Assembly (NCBI GenBank): GCA_038209745.1
Contig: JBBQXJ010000115.1
Coordinates: forward strand, 1-10,282
Direction: 5' to 3'
DNA length: 10,282 bases
Source of the DNA: Verrucomicrobiota bacterium
GTDB lineage: Bacteria; Verrucomicrobiota; Verrucomicrobiia; Limisphaerales; CANJSG01
How positions within the stretch are numbered: the first letter of the stretch is position 1; each line of letters starts with the position of its first letter. Position numbers and translations under genes: made by a program. Below are positions 1-6,804 of this stretch, in pieces. The notes under the pieces are model-generated. The model saw nothing but the letters and a program-made list of their open reading frames with translations, was not told where the DNA came from and ran no database searches.

Positions 1-228
1 AAATGAATAGCAATTGGACAGGTTGCCGAACCGATCTTCGGAGATAGATGCGTTGGATACGATTCCGGTATTTCCGTATCCGCTCGCATCGTTAGCGTTT
101 CCGTTGAACGGGTAGTAGGCGACAAGCCCGTTGGTAATAAATGCTGGCTGTGCTTGGATTGCGGAGGAACATAACAGAATCGACATCGCGATCAATTGCC
201 ACAGGTGGCTGCTTTTTTGCACGTTCAT
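1..228 (-). CDS. Secreted LamG-like jellyroll (concanavalin A-like) domain protein, N-terminal part; continues beyond the left edge
   Basis: My translation from ATG at 228: MNVQKSSHLWQLIAMSILLCSSAIQAQPAFITNGLVAYYPFNGNANDASGYGNTGIVSNASISEDRFGNLSNCYSF, open to base 1. It has a signal-peptide-like N-terminus (hydrophobic core ending IQA-Q), then the LamG-like start motif GLVAYYPFNGNANDASG...DRFGN...YSF. GAGGGAG lies just upstream. Not in the ORF track because the stop is outside the window. Confidence 0.88.
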   Translation of the reverse strand, partial: MNVQKSSHLWQLIAMSILLCSSAIQAQPAFITNGLVAYYPFNGNANDASGYGNTGIVSNASISEDRFGNLSNCYSF

Positions 229-284
229 TTCTCCCTCATTTCTCAGTTGTGGCTAGTTCGATTGGCTTTTACAACCAGAAACAA

Positions 285-319
285 GTCATCAGCCACCGGT
301 TTTTCTGGTGGTTGATGAC
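285..319. repeat. 15-bp hairpin (GTCATCAGCCACCGG-TTTTT-CTGGTGGTTGATGAC), REP-like or terminator-like
   Basis: Arms 285-299 and 305-319 pair fully on the + strand (13 Watson-Crick plus 2 G-U) around a 5-nt T loop. Function not determinable from sequence. Confidence 0.6.
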
Positions 320-670
320 CCGTGCCTCGGCTGTTCAGCGAAGATAAAAAGACCGCCATCCCATTGCGCAATATGAATCATTCGGTGAGTTATCTTGTTC
401 ATTGGCACGAGATTGGCCAAGGCAATGGTCTCAACCCCACCATGCACAGGATCAGAGGCCTCTTTCTTTCCTCTCCCGGTTCGAGAACGCCGGAAACGCG
501 TTGGTCAACGATTCGGCGGAAGCACAGCCGCACGGATCTTAGGTTTCCAGTCTTCTACTCCAGGAACCTGCCCCGTTGTTTACTTTTGAGTCATCCGAGT
601 TGGCATCATCATCTTGAATCCTGTCGTTGTGAGTCGCAGGTATCGAGGCGGTGGAGTTTTATCCTAACCG

Positions 671-1879
671 CTACAGCAGGGCTGAACCCAATACTGCCCG
701 CACTGCGTCCACCGTCACCGATTCCATCAACCGGGTGATCTCCGCATCGGTTCCGCGGATCGGGCCGCCGTCGTAGCGGTAGTAGTCGAGATTCCGGCCG
801 GCGACCGCCGGGTTTCGGATCACGACCACATCCGGTCTCGGGGGAAGATTCGTGGGGTTCAACGTCGGGGCTTCGATCACGATCTGCTTCGGCACTCCCA
901 CGGCGGCGGCCAAGTGCATCAACGCCGTGTCCACGGACAGGAACGCGTCGCAACGACCGATCAAAGCGCCGGCTTGGCGAAGGTTCGGCGAATCGGGGAA
1001 GAAGAGATTGGGAGAAGCGACGGCGCTGCGGATGCGGGCGTGGGCCTGTTGCTCCTCCGGTCCCCCGAAAAGCAGGATCGCCAGGTCCGGGCGCTCGCGG
1101 GTCAAGCCTTGGAGCAATTCGATATAGCGCTCCAACGGCCAGCGCTTCAGCCCGAGGTTCTTGGTGCCGCCGGAACCGACGTGGAGGCCGAGCTTCCCGC
1201 GTTGGATCAAACCGTTCTCCGCGAGATAGCGGTCCGCCCATGCTCGTTCGACATCGGACAGGTAGATCTCATATCGGATGGGCAATCGGGTGGGCTGGGG
1301 CTTTGAAATCCCCTCACCTGGCCTGCGACCACCCTCACCCCATCCGATGGGAAGAGGGCTCGGGCGAGAGGATTCTCCTGCTGGAATCGAGCGATCCCCG
1401 GGGTGGGCCTCCGGACCGGGATCGGACAGCGAGCGTTTGGCTCCGAGCAATGACAGGAGGCGCCGGTTGTTCTCGATGCTCTGCACCGTGTAGTCCTGCG
1501 GGATTTGCTTCTGCACCAGGAGGCGATCGAGCACGCCGTGGTTTTCGTAGGCGTGGCTGATTCGCAGCTTGGCCCCGATGAACCGGGCGACCATCCGGTA
1601 TTGGATGCGGCCCTGGGTGTGGACGTTGACCGACACGTCGTAGCGTTCGCGGCGGAGCTGACGGAGGAAGGGCAGCGATTTCCACGCGCCGTCCTTGATC
1701 AGGTTTTTCTGGAGCACTCGGCTGACATGCGGATTCCCCTCCAGCAGATCGGCCGAACCCTGCCACAGCACGAAGGCATCGATCTGCGCCTGCGGGAAAT
1801 TGTCCCGCAGCTCATGGAGGAACGGCGTGGCGATGAGCGTATCGCCGATGCCGGACAAGGATAAGACGAGGATCTTCAA
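671..1879 (-). CDS. Glycosyltransferase family 9 (LPS heptosyltransferase-like) with an approximately 45-aa insertion in the interdomain linker
   Basis: 402 aa, TTG start. GT9 hallmarks: MKILVLSLSGIGDTLIATP, GLHVGSG...KRWPLERY and DAFLSVDTALMHLAAAVG. Near gmhA/gmhB-like genes on the same strand. Confidence 0.93.
   Translation of the reverse strand: MKILVLSLSGIGDTLIATPFLHELRDNFPQAQIDAFVLWQGSADLLEGNPHVSRVLQKNLIKDGAWKSLPFLRQLRRERYDVSVNVHTQGRIQYRMVARFIGAKLRISHAYENHGVLDRLLVQKQIPQDYTVQSIENNRRLLSLLGAKRSLSDPGPEAHPGDRSIPAGESSRPSPLPIGWGEGGRRPGEGISKPQPTRLPIRYEIYLSDVERAWADRYLAENGLIQRGKLGLHVGSGGTKNLGLKRWPLERYIELLQGLTRERPDLAILLFGGPEEQQAHARIRSAVASPNLFFPDSPNLRQAGALIGRCDAFLSVDTALMHLAAAVGVPKQIVIEAPTLNPTNLPPRPDVVVIRNPAVAGRNLDYYRYDGGPIRGTDAEITRLMESVTVDAVRAVLGSALL
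1310..1371. repeat. Degenerate CCCTCACC...CCCTCTCCC/GGGAGAGGG-type palindromic repeat embedded in frame in the GT9 gene
   Basis: cccctcacctggcctgcgacca-ccctcaccccat-ccg-atgggaagaggg-ctcgggcgagagg. The core hairpin 1332-1358 has 10 of 12 stem positions paired. It translates on the minus strand as SSRPSPLPIGWGEGGRRPGEG (residues about 170-190). The family resemblance is from recognition, not from a search. Confidence 0.75.
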
Positions 1880-1943
1880 GCCGGGCGGAGGTTGGGGGAA
1901 TCAAGAGGGAGGCTGCAAGCGGAGGAGTGCTATGGCTGGTCTT

Positions 1944-2300
1944 TCAAGGGATCAGGATCGTCTGGTTCGCTACTCCTGCTTTCTCGAAAGCGGCTTGAAC
2001 CGTGGACGAGCCGCCAAACGGTGACGCGCTACCGTCGACGAACGACACGACTCCCCTGCACCGACTTCCGCCGCCCGAATGAAGTTCGCGGGTCCAGTCG
2101 GTTGCAAGTTCCGGTCGAACCGCGATACGCCCGGGACCGACCGCTACTCCATTGGTGGACAAGTTACGGCCGCCAGCCAGGACCTGGTTCGTGCGGCCCA
2201 ATTGCGACGAAAGATTTATGAAGTAGCTGAGATTGGAGGACTGCAGTGCTTCGGTGGCCAGAAACCTTTTTGAATCGGTGGGACAGACCAATAGCTTGGT
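1944..2300 (-). pseudogene. C-terminal fragment of a prepilin/type II secretion pseudopilin-like protein with an H-X9-DG-like C-terminal motif; N-terminal pilin segment missing
   Basis: Within ORF 1944..2408 the C-terminal about 118 aa read KLLVCPTD...SNLSYFINL...VLAGGRNLSTNGV...WTRELH..(14 aa)..DGS...AGVANQTILIP*. This is the motif order of the PVC prepilin-associated family (LxCPxD, SY, GDRN, WT..H...G.V.F.DGS). Upstream of about 2300 the frame runs through palindromic repeats, with no G/FTLIELL pilin motif or hydrophobic helix. Confidence 0.72.
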
Positions 2301-2321
2301 TTTTTTTTGTCGAGAAACGGC

Positions 2322-2426
2322 CTGAGCCGAAGCGAAGCGGTGGGGATTTTCGGAGCGCGTCCGCGCCGGACGGCAGCCGGGGCGGCTGCGATCCCCATTC
2401 ATTTCCACTGCATCGTTCCGGCTCAG
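2322..2426. repeat. MITE-like element: 22-bp imperfect terminal inverted repeats enclosing GC-rich hairpins
   Basis: 2322-2343 ctgagccgaagcgaagcggtgg matches the reverse complement of 2405-2426 (ctgagccggaacgatgcagtgg) at 18/22. Internal stems: tggggat (2341-2347)/atcccca (2391-2397) and gcagccg-ggg-cggctgc (2373-2389). No clear target-site duplication. Confidence 0.65.
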
Positions 2427-2502
2427 TGAGGAGCCTTAAAGAGTCAGGCTGGACCGTCCGATGGGTGTCTCTCGGCTCAGGCGCTCTCGGAAGGAAAGTT
2501 CC

Positions 2503-2526
2503 CGGCGGACTCCCGTCCGCCGCTAC
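2503..2526 (-). repeat. GTAG-family REP (GTAG-CGGCGGAC-GGGA-GTCCGCCG) just downstream of gmhB
   Basis: Perfect 8-bp stem (2503-2510/2515-2522) with a 4-nt loop, immediately preceded on the minus strand by GTAG, the architecture of RAYT-associated REPs. It starts 14 nt after the gmhB stop. Confidence 0.65.
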
Positions 2527-2540
2527 CTCCACTTGGCCGT

Positions 2541-3137
2541 TCAGGTCCCGGAGACACCCAGGATTCGCACCGCTGCCTCTAGCAGGCTCTTCACGGTGAT
2601 GTCCGGTTTCGCCCGCAGAGCCTCGTCGTAGCCGTAGTCGATGAAGGCGGTTTTCACACCGGCGGAGGCTCCGCAGTCGATGTCGCGCCAGCGGTCGCCG
2701 ATTATCCAGCTTTGGGCGAGATCGAGGCCCAGTTCCTTGGCGGCGCGGAGGAGCATGCCCGGTTTGGGTTTGCGGCAGTCGCAGTCGGACTTGCCCTGGC
2801 CGGGATGAGTGCAGACTTCCACACGGTCGATGGGCAACTGGCGGCACATCTCGGTGTGGATCGCGTCCAACGCCGCTTGCGGCAAGGTGCCGCGGCCGAC
2901 ATCGGGTTGGTTAGTGGCGACCACGAGAAGGAAGCCCGCAGCCTTTAGCTTGGCGCAGGCTTCTTCAACGCCGGGCAGGATCTCGAACTCGGCGACACTG
3001 GTCGGCGGATACGGTTTGCCGTCTCGGACCAAGGCCCGGTTGATCACGCCGTCGCGGTCGAGGAAGACGGCGCCCCGTAGGCCGGGCATCCCTGCCTGGC
3101 GGGTTTCGGTCGAGTCCGAATTTTCTGATGGAGTCAT
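2541..3137 (-). CDS. gmhB: D-glycero-D-manno-heptose-1,7-bisphosphate 7-phosphatase-like HAD-IIIA hydrolase (alternative start ATG 3089)
   Basis: HAD motif I FLDRDGVIN, motif II ATNQPDV, zinc loop CTH...CDCRKPKPGML, motif IV GDRWRDI. Directly downstream of the gmhA-like gene. Start ambiguous between 3137 and 3089. Confidence 0.88.
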   Translation of the reverse strand: MTPSENSDSTETRQAGMPGLRGAVFLDRDGVINRALVRDGKPYPPTSVAEFEILPGVEEACAKLKAAGFLLVVATNQPDVGRGTLPQAALDAIHTEMCRQLPIDRVEVCTHPGQGKSDCDCRKPKPGMLLRAAKELGLDLAQSWIIGDRWRDIDCGASAGVKTAFIDYGYDEALRAKPDITVKSLLEAAVRILGVSGT

Positions 3138-3183
3138 TCCGTGGGCTTCAACTTGTCGGGCGGGGATGCCCGGGCGACGGGGC
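3072..3183. repeat. Inverted REP doublet (REPIN-like) spanning the gmhA stop and the gmhB 5' end
   Basis: Arm 3072-3100 gccccGTAGgccgggcatccctgcctggc matches the reverse complement of 3155-3183 (gccccgtcgcccgggcatccccgcccgac) at 24/29, with a 54-nt spacer. The left arm is GTAG plus its own hairpin gccgggca-tccc-tgcctggc. Confidence 0.8.
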
Positions 3184-3779
3184 TACTGGGTCGATTCCCA
3201 CTTGGTGCGGTTCACCTTCAGCGCGGGATGGGAGACGAGGAGGTGCCAGACGACGGCCTGAAAGGCTTCGGCGTGCGGGGTGGTGTGTTCGCCGTTGACG
3301 GTGGGGACGATGACGCAGGCGGTGGCTTCCTTGGCGGTGTAGCCGCCGTCGCGTCCGACGATGCCGCAGACGGCCGCGCCCCGTTCCTTGGCGAGCTGGA
3401 TGGCGGAGACAAGGTTCGGGCTGACGTTCTTTTCCAGATTGCCGCCTCCGACGGAGAAGATGAGCAGTCCGTCCTGCGCGTTGAGCCGGCTGCCCTTGAG
3501 CCATTCGGAGAAGACGGTGGCCCAGCCCTCGTCGTTGGTGCGGGCGGTGAGCTCGGAGACGTTGTCGGTGGGGGCGTAGGCTTCGAAGCCGCAGATCTTG
3601 CGGAAATCGTTCACCGCATGGCTGGCGTTGGCCGCGCTGCCGCCGACGCCGAGAAGGAAGAGGCGACCGCCGCCGTCGCGCACTTTGGCCAATGTGGTGG
3701 CGAGGGTCTCGATGGCGTCGGCGTCGAGCTGTTGGACCACCTGGATGGTTTCCGCGAGATATTGCTGGGTAAAACTCAT
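3183..3779 (-). CDS. gmhA: SIS-domain phosphoheptose (sedoheptulose-7-phosphate) isomerase-like protein
   Basis: 198 aa. GVGGSAANASH (GNGGS-like loop), LTARTNDEGW, SVGGG...SPNLVSAIQLAKERG, GRDGG, and a C-terminal E.FQAVVWHLL helix. Adjacent to the gmhB-like gene. Confidence 0.82.
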   Translation of the reverse strand: MSFTQQYLAETIQVVQQLDADAIETLATTLAKVRDGGGRLFLLGVGGSAANASHAVNDFRKICGFEAYAPTDNVSELTARTNDEGWATVFSEWLKGSRLNAQDGLLIFSVGGGNLEKNVSPNLVSAIQLAKERGAAVCGIVGRDGGYTAKEATACVIVPTVNGEHTTPHAEAFQAVVWHLLVSHPALKVNRTKWESTQ

Positions 3780-3876
3780 GGTTGTGGGCGGGAGCTAACC
3801 GCAGACGCCGGGGAAAATGCAGGAAAATGTGGAACCCTTCGCGGCGGCGTCGGTGCGGGCTGGCGGGCGACGCGGT

Positions 3877-5529
3877 TCACTTCGGCACCATGGCCGTGAA
3901 CGGCCAGACATAGGCTTGGAGAAAGACAAGCACGCCGACCAGAACCGCCAGCACGATGCTGTGGAGGAACACAAACCGGAGGATCTTGCCCTCGCCGCCG
4001 TAGTAGTTCGTGGCCGTGCTGGCCACGACGATGCTCTGGGCGTCGACCATCTTTCCCATGACGCCGCCGCTGCTGTTGGCCGCGCCCATGAGGATGGGGC
4101 TGATGCCTGTCTGTTGCGCCGTGATCTGCTGGAGGCTGCCGAAAAGGACGTTGGAAGCGGTGTCGCTGCCGGTCAGGGCCACGCCGAGCCAGCCGAGCAG
4201 CGTCCCGAAGAACGGATACAGGGCTCCGGTCTGGGCCAGCGCGAGACCGAGCGTCGCGTCGCTGCCGGAATATTTCGTCACGTAGCCGAGCGCCAACATG
4301 GCGGCAATGGTCGCGAGCGAATGGCGGATGCGCCAGACGGTCTCCAGGTAGGTGCGGAACAGTTCGCGCGGCGAGAAACGCATCAGGCAACCCGCGATGA
4401 TTCCGGCCGTCAGCAGCGCTGTGCCGGTGGCCGAGAGCCAATCCAGCTTGAAAACGGCGTCTTCCGGTCCCGTGCCGACCGGGACCACCGGATGCACGCG
4501 CTGGATCTGCTGGTGAAGGCCAGGGATCGGGAGCTTCGGACTGGAGACTCCGTTCAATGCCGCCTTCACCTGCGGCAGACCCCAAAGAAAAATGGTCGCG
4601 CTCAGGATGATCCACGGCAGCCACGCCGCGAAGATCTCCCGGCGCGTGTAGCGGGTCGGAACAGCGGTCTCGGCGGTCTCGACGGACGGAGTGCCGGAGG
4701 CGTGGGCGAACGAATCTTTGGGCTGCCAGAACCGGAGGAGCACGACGACGGCGACCATCGAGCTGGCGCCGGAGACGATGTCCACCAGCCAGGGGCCGTG
4801 GAAATTTGAGACAAGGAACTGGGGGATGGCGAAAGCCGCTCCGGCGGTCAAGGCGGCCGGCCAGACTCCGAGCAGGCCGCGCCAGCCGGCATAGGCGCCC
4901 ACCACCCAGAACGGGACGATGAGCGAGAAGAAGGGCAGCTGCCGACCGACCATCTTCGAAAGGAGCATCACGTCCAACCCGGTGACGGTGCTCAGCGTCG
5001 TGACCGGAATGCCGAGCGAGCCGAAGGCGACCGGTGCGGTATTGGCGATGAGGGCGAGACCCGAGGCGTGCAGCGGCTTGAATCCAAGCTGGATCAGGAT
5101 CGCGCCCGTGATCGCGACCGGCGCGCCGAACCCGGCCACCCCTTCGATGAAGGCCCCGAGGGCGAAGGCGATGAGGATGAGCTGGACCCGCGGATCGGGC
5201 GCGATGGAGGCGAGGCTGTTGCGAAGGACGGCGAAGTGCCCGCGCTTCACCGTGAGCTGATAGACGAAGATGACGTTGAGAATGATCCAGCCGATGGGGA
5301 ACAGGCCGAACAGCGCTCCGTAGACCGTGGTCAGTCCGGCCAGCTTGACCGGCATGTGGTAGACGAAGATGGAGACGAGCAGCGCCACCGCCAGACCGAT
5401 CAATGCCGCGAAGTGGATACGGATCTTCAGCCAGGCGATGGAACCAAGCAGCACGATGACCGGGATGGCGGCCGCAAGGGTGGAGAGCAGCGTGTTGCCG
5501 AGCGGATCGTAGGACTGCTGCCAGGGCAT
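3877..5529 (-). CDS. lldP: L-lactate permease (LctP/LldP family)
   Basis: 550 aa, highly hydrophobic. Family motifs: [74 protein letters not shown] and [17 protein letters not shown]. Confidence 0.93.
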   Translation of the reverse strand: MPWQQSYDPLGNTLLSTLAAAIPVIVLLGSIAWLKIRIHFAALIGLAVALLVSIFVYHMPVKLAGLTTVYGALFGLFPIGWIILNVIFVYQLTVKRGHFAVLRNSLASIAPDPRVQLILIAFALGAFIEGVAGFGAPVAITGAILIQLGFKPLHASGLALIANTAPVAFGSLGIPVTTLSTVTGLDVMLLSKMVGRQLPFFSLIVPFWVVGAYAGWRGLLGVWPAALTAGAAFAIPQFLVSNFHGPWLVDIVSGASSMVAVVVLLRFWQPKDSFAHASGTPSVETAETAVPTRYTRREIFAAWLPWIILSATIFLWGLPQVKAALNGVSSPKLPIPGLHQQIQRVHPVVPVGTGPEDAVFKLDWLSATGTALLTAGIIAGCLMRFSPRELFRTYLETVWRIRHSLATIAAMLALGYVTKYSGSDATLGLALAQTGALYPFFGTLLGWLGVALTGSDTASNVLFGSLQQITAQQTGISPILMGAANSSGGVMGKMVDAQSIVVASTATNYYGGEGKILRFVFLHSIVLAVLVGVLVFLQAYVWPFTAMVPK

Positions 5530-5537
5530 GGGTCTGG

Positions 5538-5566
5538 AAGGTATCGAGCGCTTCGTCCCGCGTCAC
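5538..5566 (-). promoter_or_regulatory. Candidate sigma70-type promoter of the lactate permease (GTGACG-17 nt-TACCTT)
   Basis: Minus strand: -35-like GTGACG (5561-5566), 17-nt spacer, -10-like TACCTT (5538-5543), then 8 nt to the ATG at 5529. It lies just after the cysK terminator. Motif inference only. Confidence 0.4.
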
Positions 5567-5591
5567 GCGTCACGCGGCACAGGCGACGATT

Positions 5592-5626
5592 AACGAAAAC
5601 GGCGCGCCGCTGAAGCAACGCGCCGT
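5592..5626 (-). terminator. Intrinsic terminator of cysK
   Basis: Minus strand ACGGCGCGTTGC-TTCA-GCGGCGCGCCGT (12-bp stem with 2 G-U) followed by TTTCGTT. It begins about 20 nt after the cysK stop. Confidence 0.75.
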
Positions 5627-5645
5627 GGAAAGGAACGAAGGGGAA

Positions 5646-6629
5646 TCAGCCGCCGACCTCCGCTCTGGCTTCGGCGGCGAGAGCGGTGCTGAGGTACCGT
5701 TCACCGGTGGAGCAGGCGATGGCGACGATGATCTTGCCCTTGTTCTCGGGACGTTTCGCGATCTCGATGGCGGCCGTCACGTTGGCCCCGGTGGAGATGC
5801 CGACCAGCAGACCCTCTTCCTTGGCCAAGCGGCGGGCCATGGCGAAGGAGTCGTCGTTCGAGACCTGGATGCATTCGACGATCTGGGGGTTTCCGTCGCG
5901 GTCCTTGAGATGGAGGTTTTTCGGGATGAACCCGGCGCCGGCGCCTTGGATCTTGTGGGGGCCGGGTTTGAGGGGTTGGCCGGCGAGGGTCTGGGAAATG
6001 ACCGGCGAATCCTTGGGCTCGACCGCGATGCCCTGGAAGGAAGGCTTCTTCGGTTTGATGTATTCGGTGACGCCGGTGATCGTGCCGCCCGTGCCGACGG
6101 CGGAGACGAGGATGTCGATCTTGCCGTCCGTGTCGTCCCACAACTCCGCCCCGGTGGTCTTGCTGTGGATGGCGGGGTTGGCCGGATTTTCAAACTGCTG
6201 CGGGATCCAGGAATTCGGAGTCTCGGCGGCGATGGCGTGGGCCTTGGCGATCGCGCCCTTCATTCCCTCTCCGCCGGGGGTGAGCACGAGCTTGGCACCG
6301 AGCATCGCGAGCAGGGTGCGGCGTTCGAGCGACATCGTATCGGGCATGGTCAGGATGAGCTGATAGCCCTTGGCGGCGGCGACGAAGGCCAGCGCGATGC
6401 CGGTGTTTCCCGAGGTGGGTTCAACGATGACGGTCTCCTTCTTCAAGACGCCGCTCTTTTCCGCGTCCTCGATCATGGCCATGCCGATACGGTCCTTCAC
6501 GCTGCCGAGCGGGTTGAAGAACTCGCACTTGAGCAGGACGGTGGCTTCGAGGCCGGCGGTGACTTTGTTCAGCCGGACGAGCGGGGTGCGCCCGACGGTT
6601 TCGACGATGTTGTTGTAGATTTTGCCCAT
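5646..6629 (-). CDS. cysK: Cysteine synthase A (O-acetylserine sulfhydrylase), 327 aa
   Basis: Starts [21 protein letters not shown] at ATG 6629. PLP-lysine motif [16 protein letters not shown], plus [40 protein letters not shown] and ERYLST. Confidence 0.96.
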   Translation of the reverse strand: MGKIYNNIVETVGRTPLVRLNKVTAGLEATVLLKCEFFNPLGSVKDRIGMAMIEDAEKSGVLKKETVIVEPTSGNTGIALAFVAAAKGYQLILTMPDTMSLERRTLLAMLGAKLVLTPGGEGMKGAIAKAHAIAAETPNSWIPQQFENPANPAIHSKTTGAELWDDTDGKIDILVSAVGTGGTITGVTEYIKPKKPSFQGIAVEPKDSPVISQTLAGQPLKPGPHKIQGAGAGFIPKNLHLKDRDGNPQIVECIQVSNDDSFAMARRLAKEEGLLVGISTGANVTAAIEIAKRPENKGKIIVAIACSTGERYLSTALAAEARAEVGG

Positions 6630-6804
6630 AATCGATGGATGCGTTGATTGAGAAAGCCGCGTGACAAACTGCTGTAGAACGAAGTTGCGGGATCGGCTTC
6701 TCAGAGCAAGCACGTTTTCCCGGGAGGGGACTGCAGCCTGCTTTTGACGGTTGGATCCGCTTTGTCGGGTTGCCTCCGGCGGAGACCGGCAGTATCCCCG
6801 GGGC

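Noticed and set aside
648..673. Weak hairpin at the GT9 stop (GTAG context) as a REP, attC or terminator
   Set aside because: Only about 5 contiguous pairs, no U-tract on the coding strand and no proper attC core sites.
322..738. 138-aa and 64-aa plus-strand ORFs in the low-GC gap
   Set aside because: No motifs, atypical composition, and the longer one overlaps the GT9 3' end; minus frames inspected were short.
2285..2308. Plus-strand terminator-like AGACCAA-TAGC-TTGGTTT plus T run after ORF 2079..2273
   Set aside because: The stem is weak and AT-rich, and the ORF is antisense to the pilin-like fragment, which explains the sequence better.
1880..2540. Possible CRISPR array, tRNA or known riboswitch in the gap between GT9 and gmhB
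   Set aside because: No regularly spaced direct repeats, cloverleaf or aptamer consensus that I recognise; a gene remnant plus inverted repeats explains it.
3776..5566. 596-aa Arg/Pro-rich minus ORF and 330-aa plus ORF over the permease
   Set aside because: Off-frame GC artefacts; the permease frame explains the region.
5625..6647. 340-aa plus-strand ORF and other ORFs overlapping cysK
   Set aside because: Antisense or alternate-frame shadows with no recognisable motifs.
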